Part shown: positions 18,560 through 28,441 of the stretch, in pieces
Position numbering within the stretch: the first letter of the stretch is position 1
Layout of the letters: the number at the start of each line of letters is the position of its first letter
IMG/VR virus record: IMGVR_UViG_638275429_000001
Span: 23,740 to 87,739 of that record
Source: a virus
Taxonomy: Duplodnaviria > Heunggongvirae > Uroviricota > Caudoviricetes > Straboviridae
DNA: 64,000 bases
Direction: 5' to 3' (one strand)
The notes under the pieces: generated by a model
The model's input: the letters and a program-made list of their open reading frames with translations, nothing else
Told to the model about the DNA's origin: nothing
Database searches by the model: none
Translations under genes and position numbers: made by a program

Positions 18560-20014
18560 TTATTTGATCGATGTGCGACTGCGAACTTGAGCAAGGCTGC
18601 TATTGTATTGAACGCCTTTCAAAGGGTGATGATAGTTGACCAACGCTGATTCAGACATAAGTTCAACAAAACCTTGGCTCAGTTTCACGTTGTAAAGCAT
18701 TTGCGAACCGTCAGCCAATTTGCTGTCGGTGTAGAAGCCACCGTCATCCAGCTTGCGAAGACCCAGTTGACCTTTCTTCGATGCCTTCCATTCAGCGCCT
18801 TTCGGGCACTTGAACACATCATACCAGACACCGTTAATTTTAATTGCAGACATCTTCATTGCCCATTTGCAAGTATCACGGTTAACCATCTGGAGCAACC
18901 CGCCGCCCATACCGAATGCAATGTTCTCAGCAGCCCAACCATTATCAGCCATCATGGTCAGAACTTCATCGATAATTTCCGGGCCATCGATGCCGTCGCC
19001 TTGGATAATGCGGCAATGCTTGTTCAGGACCTTGAAGCCTTTTGAGTTGGTTTCATAACCGAAGATTTCACCAAGAGTCTCGAGGGCATAAGTGATATTG
19101 TCGAACATATCACCAGAGTCCGGTCGAACAATCAGAGTACCACCTTTCGCAATTACTTCATCTTTGTAGCCTTCAATTTCGCGAACGGCACGTTTGAAGT
19201 CGGTAGAATCGTAGACAACAGAGTAAGCGCCAGTGCCGAACAAACGAACAGAGTTCATATAAGCTTCGGTTTCGCGTTCTGCACCCCAGGATGTAACAGT
19301 AGAGTGCTCACGAGCCGGTACAGAAATACCTGCCATCTTAGCGCCATACAGATGCTTCGCGAGATAAAGCGATTCAAAGGTATCGGTACCCATAGAGTTG
19401 TAGAGGTGGGCCATGCCGCCAAGAGCAGCAGATTCACCAGAACTTACGCCGCGTGAACCAAAATCATGCAAACGGGTCATCAGAACAAAGTTGAATTCCG
19501 GAGAATCGACGACCAAATCAGTTGTGTCGATCAAATGCTTGCGGATCATTGCAATGCATTCGCGACTTAGGGTGGCGACCGTCGAGGTGTACCAGACAGC
19601 TCGCAGAATAACCGGCTCGAACCAACCAGCAACCCAGGTGTAAGGTGCTTTACAGCGAACGGTCAGAACGACGTTCTTGACCGGCACAACGGTACCTTCA
19701 GGTACTGCGTCGATTTGGATAGGCAGGCAACCGTGTTTTTGCTGGTATGCGACTACTTCATCCCAACCTTTGCGGTTGAATACATCTTGACCGAAGTGAG
19801 CTTTGCTCATCTCATGCATTTCAGCAACATCTTCGTTGGTGATAATTTCCTGCAGTTTCGTCATCATGTACTCGATGCCGCCGATAACGATGTTATCGAA
19901 TTTTCCGCCACGAGCTTCGACGTAGAAGACCACTTCATCGGTGCCGTCGGGCATTTGGTTCCAATGGGTGATTTTGTAGGAGTCAGTCATTGCGATCAAA
20001 GGAATACGTTTCAT
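18560..20014 (-). CDS. nadV: nicotinamide phosphoribosyltransferase NadV (NAMPT family)
   Basis: 484 aa; hallmark TDSYKITHW motif near N-terminus and NAPRTase-family length. Confidence 0.85.
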   Translation of the reverse strand: MKRIPLIAMTDSYKITHWNQMPDGTDEVVFYVEARGGKFDNIVIGGIEYMMTKLQEIITNEDVAEMHEMSKAHFGQDVFNRKGWDEVVAYQQKHGCLPIQIDAVPEGTVVPVKNVVLTVRCKAPYTWVAGWFEPVILRAVWYTSTVATLSRECIAMIRKHLIDTTDLVVDSPEFNFVLMTRLHDFGSRGVSSGESAALGGMAHLYNSMGTDTFESLYLAKHLYGAKMAGISVPAREHSTVTSWGAERETEAYMNSVRLFGTGAYSVVYDSTDFKRAVREIEGYKDEVIAKGGTLIVRPDSGDMFDNITYALETLGEIFGYETNSKGFKVLNKHCRIIQGDGIDGPEIIDEVLTMMADNGWAAENIAFGMGGGLLQMVNRDTCKWAMKMSAIKINGVWYDVFKCPKGAEWKASKKGQLGLRKLDDGGFYTDSKLADGSQMLYNVKLSQGFVELMSESALVNYHHPLKGVQYNSSLAQVRSRTSIK

Positions 20015-20016
20015 TG

Positions 20017-20667
20017 TTATGCTCCAATTGCATTTTTGATAGATTTGATGTTGTCTTCAATTTCTTTACGACGTGCTTGCAATTCTTTGATTTCTTCGTC
20101 AATTTCGGAAATCCGAACCGAAGCAAAGTGGAAAACACCGCGAACCAATTGAACTGCTTGCATAGTCTCAGGTGCGAAAAAGATATTCTGGCCATCCGGT
20201 TCTTTTGCGGGTTCTGTGTAATCCACAGTAGATACTACTTCGGTTTTTGTTTCGACGTTTTTAACGGGAGCTTTATCGCCGTTAGGCAAATCAACGCTGA
20301 ATGTCACTACGTGATTCGACCCATTGGTGCGGCGAGCAACTTCGACAAAAACACCATATGCTTCAAGCGTTTGAAGACGATTAGTAACACAGTCGCTTTC
20401 AAAGGACGTATTTACCCAGATAGTTCCGCAAACACTGTGAGTACCAACAGCCGCCAAATTGATATGATTTGGGCTGATTTTAGCTATTCCGAATCGGCTG
20501 CCAAAGCTTGACCACTTCATTTCACTCGGGAGCAGATTATTCAACAACCGCATAAAGTGGTGTTTGTCTGCAAACCGAGAATTGAGATCACGAGACTTCC
20601 GATACTTATTTCCGGTTGTGTCGTGGGTGTTTTTCAGAAAACGATTAAGGTCCTTGTGTTTGGTCAT
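20017..20667 (-). CDS. hypothetical protein (about 217 aa; start at MTKHKD overlapping stop of upstream peptide)
   Basis: ATGA-type overlap with small membrane peptide ORF. Confidence 0.45.
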   Translation of the reverse strand: MTKHKDLNRFLKNTHDTTGNKYRKSRDLNSRFADKHHFMRLLNNLLPSEMKWSSFGSRFGIAKISPNHINLAAVGTHSVCGTIWVNTSFESDCVTNRLQTLEAYGVFVEVARRTNGSNHVVTFSVDLPNGDKAPVKNVETKTEVVSTVDYTEPAKEPDGQNIFFAPETMQAVQLVRGVFHFASVRISEIDEEIKELQARRKEIEDNIKSIKNAIGA

Positions 20668-20810
20668 TTTATCAATCTCGCGATTATGGTGGAGCCGATT
20701 ACTGCGGCAGCGCAACCAAGAACAAAATAGGCATCACCTTTGTACATAGCGTAAAACAAACCGAATGAAGCGATATAACCAGCATTGATTACGATATTTT
20801 TGGTGGACAT
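20666..20810 (-). CDS. small hydrophobic peptide (48 aa, predicted TM)
   Basis: MSTKNIVINAGYIASFGLFYAMYKGDAYFVLGCAAAVIGSTIIARLIK; starts 20 nt after PeSL copy with AAGGAG SD. Confidence 0.4.
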
Positions 20811-20830
20811 TTAAATTACTCCTTGGTAGA

Positions 20831-20872
20831 TTTGATGGGACTATAATAATCCATAGTCCCATCATTGTAAAC
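20831..20872 (-). promoter_or_regulatory. PeSL early promoter/stem-loop cassette (canonical copy)
   Basis: tttgatgggactataataatccatagtcccatcattgtaaac; minus strand GTTTAC-N17/18-TAnnnT with -10 in hairpin loop. Confidence 0.6.
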
Positions 20873-20883
20873 TACTTTTTCAC

Positions 20884-21609
20884 TTAAATTCCAAAATCTT
20901 CTGACAGACGTCTTTTCACTTCGGCGCGCAGGTTCAGAATTTTATGCTTTACATCGCAAGCTTCATCACTAAGTGCTTCCAACTTAATAGTCAGCTCGGA
21001 AATTTGTTTGAGTTGATCGGTCAAACCTTCCAAGTTTTCGCCTGTATGAGAACGCTCAACCTGGTCGATGCGCTCGGTGGAAGCGTGCATTTCAACTGCT
21101 TTCGGCTTCGCCGGACGAACTCGAGTTTTCTTTTCAATAGTCTCGATTCGACGAGTCCGGGTCAAAACCGCCAAATTATGATAATGAGCCCAGTTAGTGC
21201 TGAAAATTTCGATGCCAAGCAGTCTGGCGATTTTCACAGCGTCATCGTTTAATGACAACTTGATTTCGCGAACAGTTGCTTTCGCTGCATGATAGTGATA
21301 TTCGGTTTCGACAACCGAACCGCGAGGGTGAAGCAGTGTTTCCTTCATAACCCGATCAACCTTGGTCCAAAACCAAACAGGCAGAAATCTTGAACCAAAT
21401 TGATGCGTAGGCCACTGTGTTTTTTCGCCAGAGACGCCCATGATACGCAGGACAGTACGCGTATGAATGCAATCAAGTCGCGGATCGGTCATACTGTTCA
21501 ACACGTTCCGAATTGCGGCAATATCGTTGAATCGGCGCCGTTCGTGCTTTTTGATGGTTCGTGCTATTGCTTTTCCACTTGACATATCTTTTTCTCCGGA
21601 AACAAACAA
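20884..21609 (-). CDS. hypothetical protein (241 aa)
   Basis: ORF. Confidence 0.45.
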   Translation of the reverse strand: MFVSGEKDMSSGKAIARTIKKHERRRFNDIAAIRNVLNSMTDPRLDCIHTRTVLRIMGVSGEKTQWPTHQFGSRFLPVWFWTKVDRVMKETLLHPRGSVVETEYHYHAAKATVREIKLSLNDDAVKIARLLGIEIFSTNWAHYHNLAVLTRTRRIETIEKKTRVRPAKPKAVEMHASTERIDQVERSHTGENLEGLTDQLKQISELTIKLEALSDEACDVKHKILNLRAEVKRRLSEDFGI

Positions 21610-21869
21610 ATTATTTTGTGGGTTTCTGACACATAGTCGTCAACCATTATTGCGTGTATTTCATTTGATTTGTGTATGTATCGAACTTTTTCGAACACAA
21701 CACATAAATTAGGGTCAATCGGTGGGTCGCCAATAAAAACAAATCCATCACGTATCATCCAGTGGCTTTTGAAGATTTCAACTTCTCCGACAGAATTTCC
21801 GAAAAGTGACTCAAGCTGGATTTTGCTTTCGAGGTAAACTTTGATGATTTCGAGTTCCATCATGAGCAT
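21564..21869 (-). CDS. hypothetical protein (101 aa)
   Basis: ORF. Confidence 0.4.
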   Translation of the reverse strand: MLMMELEIIKVYLESKIQLESLFGNSVGEVEIFKSHWMIRDGFVFIGDPPIDPNLCVVFEKVRYIHKSNEIHAIMVDDYVSETHKIICLFPEKKICQVEKQ

Positions 21870-22183
21870 CCTATAACGAAGAATGAATTGATGATATTCA
21901 TGCCGCTACGATCGCACAAACCGATATAACTGAGCGTCCGGCCCGCTGCAGCGTGATTGAGCGCTGTTGTAACCCACGGCAATTCTTCTTCGAGCATTTT
22001 AACATCGTGATGCCCGTAGTTGTCAAGAAGCCGCTGTTTGACGTTTTCAAAACCCGTGTGCGATTCGAAATGCTCATTCTCGACGATCTCTTCGATCGGA
22101 TGCTCGGAGCATCCGATAACTACATGCGGGTAGCCCTCGCTAGAAATCCACACCCATGATTTGTGGTCATCAATTTCCATCAT
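21860..22183 (-). CDS. hypothetical protein (107 aa)
   Basis: ORF. Confidence 0.4.
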   Translation of the reverse strand: MMEIDDHKSWVWISSEGYPHVVIGCSEHPIEEIVENEHFESHTGFENVKQRLLDNYGHHDVKMLEEELPWVTTALNHAAAGRTLSYIGLCDRSGMNIINSFFVIGCS

Positions 22184-22491
22184 TTCGGCACCTTAATGGT
22201 AATGAAATCCGGGTTCATCGGGGATGTGCGGCTTTCAGCAACGTATCCTGTTTCGCGAAGTTCGCTGATAAAACGCTCAATAACATCACCGTCGTGCAGG
22301 TAGTTGAATTTGATTTTGCCACGAACATAATTCAGAAAACCACTGGTATCAACAGCTGTATCGCCGTTCATTTCAACAAGTCTTGGTTTGACATGTTCGT
22401 TGAAAAAATCGTCGAAATGACATGCGACATCATCGATTAAGCATTGTGAGTGAACTTTTATGATTTTACGCATTTCGCTTGCATGAATCAT
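22180..22491 (-). CDS. hypothetical protein (103 aa)
   Basis: ORF. Confidence 0.4.
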   Translation of the reverse strand: MIHASEMRKIIKVHSQCLIDDVACHFDDFFNEHVKPRLVEMNGDTAVDTSGFLNYVRGKIKFNYLHDGDVIERFISELRETGYVAESRTSPMNPDFITIKVPK

Positions 22492-22733
22492 TTGTTTAAT
22501 CCTCGTGTAATTGCAATAACAACCAAACTGAATACGATCGTTGCACCAAATGTTTTTATTGCCATAGCAGTTTCACCTACAGCACACATTGCAGCGCCAA
22601 CACCGATCATGGTTGTTGCAAAAGTGCCAGTGATAGCATCAATTCTTGTTACTGGTTTATTTGCGATTTCTTTTGCACTTTGTCGCTTTGCGAAATCAAT
22701 CGATTGCAGATTGGTTGCCTTTGTGATTTTCAT
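22488..22733 (-). CDS. small membrane protein (81 aa)
   Basis: hydrophobic C-terminal half; directly downstream of PeSL copy. Confidence 0.45.
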   Translation of the reverse strand: MKITKATNLQSIDFAKRQSAKEIANKPVTRIDAITGTFATTMIGVGAAMCAVGETAMAIKTFGATIVFSLVVIAITRGLNK

Positions 22734-22748
22734 TTAAAGTACTCCGTG

Positions 22749-22790
22749 TGTAGCTTGATTTGATGGGACTATAGTAATCCATAGTCCCAT
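22749..22790 (-). promoter_or_regulatory. PeSL early promoter/stem-loop cassette (canonical copy)
   Basis: tttgatgggactatagtaatccatagtcccatcattgtaaac. Confidence 0.6.
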
Positions 22791-22807
22791 CATTGTAAAC
22801 AGTCTTT

Positions 22808-23785
22808 TTAACGATTTTTTAGATATTCAAGCATCGCATCACTATAGACGTCAAGAACGAACTGGTTCCATGGTTCCACGTTAACCGCTGATGGCATGCC
22901 GTTTCGGCCAGCTTCTTTTGCAGCAGCGTCAACATCGTCAACGATCTGTTCAAGGCGAGCTTGCACTTCTTTGAATGGCAATTCACCAGCTTTAACCAGT
23001 TTGATTTCTTCGGCATTGGCCAATGGATACTTCAAATCGCCAGTCTGGTAGATTTCGAGCAACTGTAGACCGCCTCGCATCGCATGACTCAAAGCTTTCC
23101 AGTCGATACCTTCGTTGGCTTCAGCTTTACGGGCTCGTTCGCCGTACTCGTTCCAGAGCTTGTCGACAGCACCAGCAAACTCAGCAATTTTAACACCGGC
23201 CATATACTTACGACCCATCATTGTGTAGTACGAGTTAGTCTCTGGTTTTTCGCGATCGACCGTCCAGAAGCAAAATTCATTTGATGGCAGAGGTATTTTG
23301 AGTTCACGCAGACGAGGGTTTTCATGAATCTGAAGCGCATCCATGAAGTCCTTAACCTGTCGCAAAGCGGCCAGTCGAGAACCTTTCACACCATATTTCG
23401 CCGCCTGCTTCATGACATAGCTCATATAAGATGTCATGTTTGTTGTATAGAAACTCGAGCGTTGACTTTGGATAAACTGCCAAATCGCGGAGTCAGAAAC
23501 GATTTTGTCGGTTGGTGTGTGAAGCATATCGAGAGCAGCAGTTTCGCCTTTGACGCACTCATGAATGAATTGCTTAAGCGTAAACATTTCGATATCGATA
23601 TCATCCTTGCTGTTTTTGGATTTATCGTTGCCGGTTGTGATGGAATAACTTGATTTAACTTGTGATAGCAAGATATCTTTCGGATCAGGTATGAAAATGC
23701 CTTTCATATCCAGGTCAGATTCGGGTGTGTTCAGACCGTAAAGGTGAGAGCCGTGCAGACCCTCGAAAATAACTTTTTGCATCAT
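22808..23785 (-). CDS. Pol-beta-superfamily nucleotidyltransferase-like protein (325 aa)
   Basis: N-terminal FEGLHGSHLYGLNTPESDLDMKGIF = hGS...x9...[DE]hDh NTase motif, followed by DIDIE third acidic. Confidence 0.55.
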   Translation of the reverse strand: MMQKVIFEGLHGSHLYGLNTPESDLDMKGIFIPDPKDILLSQVKSSYSITTGNDKSKNSKDDIDIEMFTLKQFIHECVKGETAALDMLHTPTDKIVSDSAIWQFIQSQRSSFYTTNMTSYMSYVMKQAAKYGVKGSRLAALRQVKDFMDALQIHENPRLRELKIPLPSNEFCFWTVDREKPETNSYYTMMGRKYMAGVKIAEFAGAVDKLWNEYGERARKAEANEGIDWKALSHAMRGGLQLLEIYQTGDLKYPLANAEEIKLVKAGELPFKEVQARLEQIVDDVDAAAKEAGRNGMPSAVNVEPWNQFVLDVYSDAMLEYLKNR

Positions 23786-23791
23786 TTCACC

Positions 23792-24298
23792 TTAGTTCAG
23801 TGTCATACCATACGCTTTCAATTGATCACGATCGTTTCGATTTACAAAGATTGATTTCCTGCGTTCTTCGTCCCAAGCGATGAGTGACCCATCGTCGGCG
23901 ATAAATTTGACAACGTATTTGACATCCCATTTATGATTGAACGTGTCGCCTACTTCAATCGGGACAGATACTGTTTCTTCGATTTCGTCAGCGATTGTAA
24001 AATTACCACCGGTGATGTTGATTTCGCTGTTTGCGCATATATCTGACCAGCATCGGATACCGTCAGGCGATACCTCCTTAAAATCAAAGCAACATATGCC
24101 GTTCAACAGGCGCAATTCGATGATCATAACAATACGGGTCATTTTCTTGCGAATAACCAACACAGGGTTTTCGGTAGAATTGCTGTTCACCGTGATGCAT
24201 TCCCACCGGCCGTCTTTATACTTGAAGACATCCGCGGGTGCAATTCGCTTTTGTTTTGTTGATTTGACTTTCTTACGAATGCATATGTCCTTCATCAT
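23792..24298 (-). CDS. hypothetical protein (168 aa)
   Basis: ORF coupled to NTase. Confidence 0.45.
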   Translation of the reverse strand: MMKDICIRKKVKSTKQKRIAPADVFKYKDGRWECITVNSNSTENPVLVIRKKMTRIVMIIELRLLNGICCFDFKEVSPDGIRCWSDICANSEINITGGNFTIADEIEETVSVPIEVGDTFNHKWDVKYVVKFIADDGSLIAWDEERRKSIFVNRNDRDQLKAYGMTLN

Positions 24299-24639
24299 AT
24301 TTCTCCAACAGCAATTTCGTACATTTTAAGAACTTTGTCAAAAGGCAATTCGCCGAGATTGTGGTTTTTAACCCATTCGATTAAATCGCCGGACTCGATT
24401 AGCGGTGCATCAGTTATTTCGAGATATTTGCTAACTTCAGAAGCGTTAAATTCATAGTCGTATCCTGAATTGATTCGCTGGCCATTACGATCAATTGCTA
24501 TGAAATGGTTTTTGTTGCCGGTGTTGACAAGGCCAAAAATCCATTTTCCCAAGATGCGGTGTATTACTTTGTTCACACCGGTGCCATTAATGAATTCCTC
24601 GATCAACTCAGAGTCATCTTTAAATTTATAGAATTGCAT
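24295..24639 (-). CDS. hypothetical protein (about 114 aa; start revised to MQFYKF after PeSL hairpin)
   Basis: GAGGATAAAATT-ATG SD; longer ORF start would lie inside the repeat hairpin. Confidence 0.4.
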   Translation of the reverse strand: MQFYKFKDDSELIEEFINGTGVNKVIHRILGKWIFGLVNTGNKNHFIAIDRNGQRINSGYDYEFNASEVSKYLEITDAPLIESGDLIEWVKNHNLGELPFDKVLKMYEIAVGEI

Positions 24640-24656
24640 AATTTTATCCTCATAAT

Positions 24657-24704
24657 CTGGGTGTGACCATTTTATCACACCCATCGTGTTTAGTAAACGA
24701 TTTT
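24657..24704 (-). promoter_or_regulatory. PeSL-type cassette variant (gggtgtga...tcacaccc hairpin + gtttagtaaac)
   Basis: palindrome plus GTTTA(G/C)-box. Confidence 0.4.
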
Positions 24705-24711
24705 CTACAAA

Positions 24712-25806
24712 TTAAATGCCAGTGAAACGAGATATAATTTCAGCGTGATCATCGAACATACGCGCTCTGTTCTTTTTGTAGATGTGCATAGGCATCCAGA
24801 ACGCAGCTTTGGCATCGTCGTCAGCATTAACAGCCGGCAATTCACCGTTTGGGCCAGGACTGAGAACAATGTAATACGCAACAGTTGGCTTGCAGAATTC
24901 CGCGGTGCGCTTCGGGTGATCGAAAACTTCGTGCGCTTTGATAGAACCGATGATATCTTTTTCTTTGACCTCGATCTTGACTTCCTCAAAAAGTTCACGA
25001 ACAGCACATTGTTGGAAGGTCTCGTTCGCGTTCTTATGGCCACCGGGAAGGGCTAAAGCGTCTTTGCCAGGAGCATGCTTCCGCTCAATGAGCAAAATGT
25101 GGTTATTGCAGGTTACCACAGCATCAGCAGTATTGCAATTCAGAGCTTCGCGATATGGGTAATTCTCGAACTTCGCGAGTTCGTTATCCCACATTTTGCG
25201 CTCTTCCATCAAGCGGTCGCGGAGTTCGCGACCTTCAGTGTTCCAATATACGGAAAGGAAAGATCGCACTGTTGGGTTAATCGGGAATGCGCCGTTGATT
25301 ACGCCAGTTCGAAGAAACTCGTCGCGCATTGGGGTGTTTGAAATATCCGCCCCGTGGTTTTGAACACCCATACATTGAATATGATCCCAGCCGAAAGAGC
25401 GAATCCAATAAGAATCAGCATCTTTATCATAAGCCACCATTGCGACTTTTTCGCCAGCCTTTTCGCCAGCCTGTTCGCGAACTTCCGCCTGCCAACGATC
25501 TTCGTTGTACCGGTAATCCGGTACGTTGCCGAAAGTTACGCGTTTTTGCTCATATGGAGTCAAGTTCTCAGACATCCATTCCTTGAACATTCTAACGCGA
25601 ACCAGCGTAGGCAATGGGTTAATTGTGTTTGGGTAGCAATGAGATGAGCCAAAAACAACAGCTACGTTTTCGGCTGTCTGCAATGCTTTGTAGATAAGCA
25701 TTTCATGACCACGATGGAAAAAGCTGGAAAAACGACCAATTACTACAGCACGATCATAATCATAAGTCATATCATTAACCCCGATTTTTGTAACTGTTGA
25801 TTGCAA
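24712..25806 (-). CDS. natV: bifunctional NMN adenylyltransferase / Nudix hydrolase NatV (NadM-like)
   Basis: 364 aa; [11 protein letters not shown] (GxFxxxHxGH cytidylyltransferase motif) and Nudix box [26 protein letters not shown]. Confidence 0.85.
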   Translation of the reverse strand: MQSTVTKIGVNDMTYDYDRAVVIGRFSSFFHRGHEMLIYKALQTAENVAVVFGSSHCYPNTINPLPTLVRVRMFKEWMSENLTPYEQKRVTFGNVPDYRYNEDRWQAEVREQAGEKAGEKVAMVAYDKDADSYWIRSFGWDHIQCMGVQNHGADISNTPMRDEFLRTGVINGAFPINPTVRSFLSVYWNTEGRELRDRLMEERKMWDNELAKFENYPYREALNCNTADAVVTCNNHILLIERKHAPGKDALALPGGHKNANETFQQCAVRELFEEVKIEVKEKDIIGSIKAHEVFDHPKRTAEFCKPTVAYYIVLSPGPNGELPAVNADDDAKAAFWMPMHIYKKNRARMFDDHAEIISRFTGI

Positions 25807-26017
25807 AATTCATTTCGGCTTGTTCAAGACGCCATCTGACGTTTGATGATTGAACAAGGCCGGCAGTCAAGAAAAGATCGATAAACCAACCAATACCAAA
25901 CAGACCACCTGTAAATAGCCAGATGATTCCTGTTGCTATGTTGCCAGTGTAAAAGCGGTGGATTCCGAGAAACCCGAGGAAAAACCACAAAACATATGCA
26001 ATTGCTGTTGATTTCAT
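25775..26017 (-). CDS. TM2-domain membrane protein (80 aa)
   Basis: GIHRFYTG motif with two TM helices. Confidence 0.5.
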   Translation of the reverse strand: MKSTAIAYVLWFFLGFLGIHRFYTGNIATGIIWLFTGGLFGIGWFIDLFLTAGLVQSSNVRWRLEQAEMNFAINSYKNRG

Positions 26018-26394
26018 TTGGCAACTCCCTCAAGCTGTTTGAGGCGATCTTCGACTGCGGCCAAGCGTTTTTGAACGTCTTCGAGCTTTTCGAGTAGTTC
26101 GGCGTGTGTTAATTCATCATTGATGTCGGCAACATCAGGCAGCCGTTTGAGATATTGTTCGATTTCGTTTGGAAAGAAAACCGGGTCATAATCGGAAGCC
26201 AGGCTTAGGCCGCCTTTGGTTTCACGGATTTCAATCGCGCTATCATACCCGTCAAACACGATGTAAAAAGGACGCAAACCAACAATATCAGCAATTTGCG
26301 TATTTGTCTCGACGCTGCCTACAACCGCTGTGAAATCGGCGATAGCTTCGGCATCAGCGAACGCGTAACGTTCTATTCTCATTGTAATCTCCAA
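26014..26394 (-). CDS. hypothetical protein (126 aa)
   Basis: ORF. Confidence 0.45.
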   Translation of the reverse strand: MEITMRIERYAFADAEAIADFTAVVGSVETNTQIADIVGLRPFYIVFDGYDSAIEIRETKGGLSLASDYDPVFFPNEIEQYLKRLPDVADINDELTHAELLEKLEDVQKRLAAVEDRLKQLEGVAK

Positions 26395-26423
26395 AGTAAG
26401 GGCTCCGAAGAGCCCTATCGGAA

Positions 26424-26807
26424 TTAGTGAAAGGTCGGGGCAACTGGTTTAACCAGCATCTGGGTAGCAACAACGTTGAAACCAGCTTCTTCGAGACGGG
26501 AAATAACCTTGATCCAAGGAGCTCGGCTCATAGCGTAGTTGACGTCCAAAACGATAGTGCCGTATTGGTCGAATGCCTCCAGGTCGTCAAACATTTCAGG
26601 TTTTGCTTGTGCGAGCGCAGTTGAAATGATGTAGCGATTCTGCATGGCCGGATTTTCTGAACTGAAAGCCGTCAGACGACGAAGAATTTCGGTATACGGC
26701 ATTTCGTCAGAAACGAACATAACTTCGTGATGTTGTGCAGCCTCGAATGCGGACTTGATAGCTTCTTGAGTTTTGCCAGCGTTTGCAGTACGAAGAATGA
26801 GTTTCAT
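26424..26807 (-). CDS. hypothetical protein with Walker-A-like TANAGKT (127 aa)
   Basis: downstream of PeSL copy 26827-26868. Confidence 0.4.
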   Translation of the reverse strand: MKLILRTANAGKTQEAIKSAFEAAQHHEVMFVSDEMPYTEILRRLTAFSSENPAMQNRYIISTALAQAKPEMFDDLEAFDQYGTIVLDVNYAMSRAPWIKVISRLEEAGFNVVATQMLVKPVAPTFH

Positions 26808-26826
26808 TGTTATTTCCTTTGGTTTA

Positions 26827-26868
26827 TTTGATGAGGCTATTCTAATTCAATATGTCGTTGTTGTAAAC
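26827..26868 (-). promoter_or_regulatory. PeSL-type cassette (variant)
   Basis: tttgatgaggctattcta...gttgttgtaaac. Confidence 0.45.
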
Positions 26869-27008
26869 TTGTTTTTGAAAAATAATTTAAAAGAAACAGA
26901 TTGTCGCTTCGCGACTCGGGCAAGCCCGAAATCTTTCTTTCTCCAATCTATTTCTCTTCTTTTTCTGTCTCTCAACCATTGTAACAGAATTCTATCACAC
27001 CGGCGGTG

Positions 27009-27326
27009 TTAAGCATTTACAACGCGCCAGCTAGTTCCTAGGCGAGTTTTGTAAGGCTCAACATGTTGAACCGATACAACCCTTTCTGTATGGCCGATGA
27101 CGTCTTCGCCTTCCGTGTTAACAAATTGGGCGCGATGACGCTCAGAATAAACCGCAACAAAACAACCCAACTCTTTGTGCTCATACGCAGTAAATTCTTG
27201 TTCGAAAACCGCGCCATAACTCCAATCTGGCTTGCGGGCGACCTTCCACACTGACGGCATTTTGAACTCTGAAGCTTCAACGCCCAGACGTTTTTCGATT
27301 TCTTGGATTTCTTTTTGGATATTCAT
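27009..27326 (-). CDS. hypothetical protein (105 aa)
   Basis: ORF. Confidence 0.4.
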   Translation of the reverse strand: MNIQKEIQEIEKRLGVEASEFKMPSVWKVARKPDWSYGAVFEQEFTAYEHKELGCFVAVYSERHRAQFVNTEGEDVIGHTERVVSVQHVEPYKTRLGTSWRVVNA

Positions 27327-27327
27327 G

Positions 27328-27528
27328 TTATTTCACCATCAAGAATTTAGCATTTTTAAAGACATCGCGATAGTCACTGAGGTCGACGGTTTCGTAAAAA
27401 TCACCGTGCTCATTTGCAACCTTCAGCACACCGTGGCACCATTTAAAAGTATCGGCCCACGGTTTGTGATTGTGAATCCATGTAGCAACAAACTGGCCAG
27501 AAGTAGGCATTTTGAATTTAGTTTTCAT
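27328..27528 (-). CDS. hypothetical protein (66 aa)
   Basis: downstream of PeSL copy 27547-27590. Confidence 0.4.
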   Translation of the reverse strand: MKTKFKMPTSGQFVATWIHNHKPWADTFKWCHGVLKVANEHGDFYETVDLSDYRDVFKNAKFLMVK

Positions 27529-27546
27529 TTTTTAACACTCTGTTGT

Positions 27547-27590
27547 TTGAACATGCGACTATCCTATCACGAGTCGTCGTCATTGTAAAC
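27547..27590 (-). promoter_or_regulatory. PeSL-type cassette (variant)
   Basis: ...gtcgtcgtcattgtaaac. Confidence 0.4.
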
Positions 27591-27642
27591 ATTCTTTTCA
27601 ATAAAAACAAAAATAGCCAGCACAATGCTGGCTATCGTTCGT

Positions 27643-28050
27643 TCAAGATAATGAGAGTTTATACAACGTCAATCGACATAGTTGCTGGATATCATCCGCT
27701 GCGTTCTTGAGCACCCCATTAGGTGATTTGGTTGCAACTTCTTCAGCCAGCTCAGCAAGTCGTTTAACGAAGCCGGTGAAGTCAACGTTTGGTATTTTTA
27801 GCGTGGGAGAGTAGTTGAAACCGGACGCCATGTAAGTTTCGGCAAATGTATCGATTTTGTCAGGCATTTCGTCATAGAAGTACTCAAACGCTACATGCTT
27901 TTCATACGACTTAGTCTCAAAATGAGCTGAGTGCGCCATAACGCTTGAAACTAGACAGGCGCCGATAAATTCGTCAAAGATATTAGTCGGGCTTTTTACT
28001 ACGTCACTGAATTTTATTTCCATTTTGTACCTCGGTGTTGTACGCGACAA
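27643..28050 (-). CDS. hypothetical protein (135 aa)
   Basis: ORF. Confidence 0.45.
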   Translation of the reverse strand: MSRTTPRYKMEIKFSDVVKSPTNIFDEFIGACLVSSVMAHSAHFETKSYEKHVAFEYFYDEMPDKIDTFAETYMASGFNYSPTLKIPNVDFTGFVKRLAELAEEVATKSPNGVLKNAADDIQQLCRLTLYKLSLS

Positions 28051-28288
28051 ATAGTTTTGCTTCTTGATAACCTAACTGAAAGCATGTGTCTGAACACCCC
28101 GCGGAACCCCACTTGGTATCGAGATATTCGAGAAATTGGACAGAGTTATCTTTCGAATGCGTGATATCATTCGTATAAACTATCATTGCTCCTTGCATAA
28201 ATTCGTCGTATGACCCAACCTCAGGGTTGGCGCTAACAAGGTGAACTGTTGCTACAAGCAAAGCTACGGCTGCGATTATTTTTGGCAT
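28004..28288 (-). CDS. secreted protein with signal peptide (94 aa)
   Basis: MPKIIAAVALLVATVHLVSA N-terminal signal. Confidence 0.45.
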   Translation of the reverse strand: MPKIIAAVALLVATVHLVSANPEVGSYDEFMQGAMIVYTNDITHSKDNSVQFLEYLDTKWGSAGCSDTCFQLGYQEAKLFVAYNTEVQNGNKIQ

Positions 28289-28310
28289 ATGCGAAAAGGG
28301 CCACAGGGCC
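28289..28310 (-). terminator. GC hairpin terminator (GGGCCACAGGGCCC + T-run on minus)
   Basis: hairpin followed by TTTTCGCAT. Confidence 0.45.
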
Positions 28311-28441
28311 CCTCCTTATCAGATTGAACATAGGCTTTCGCCGGTTAAAGATGCCTATGTCCAAGGCTTTTTTGCTCCAGAAGTTTTATCCGGACTATCC
28401 TGACAAGGCATCACACCATCCTTGGTGCATTATTCCTATCT

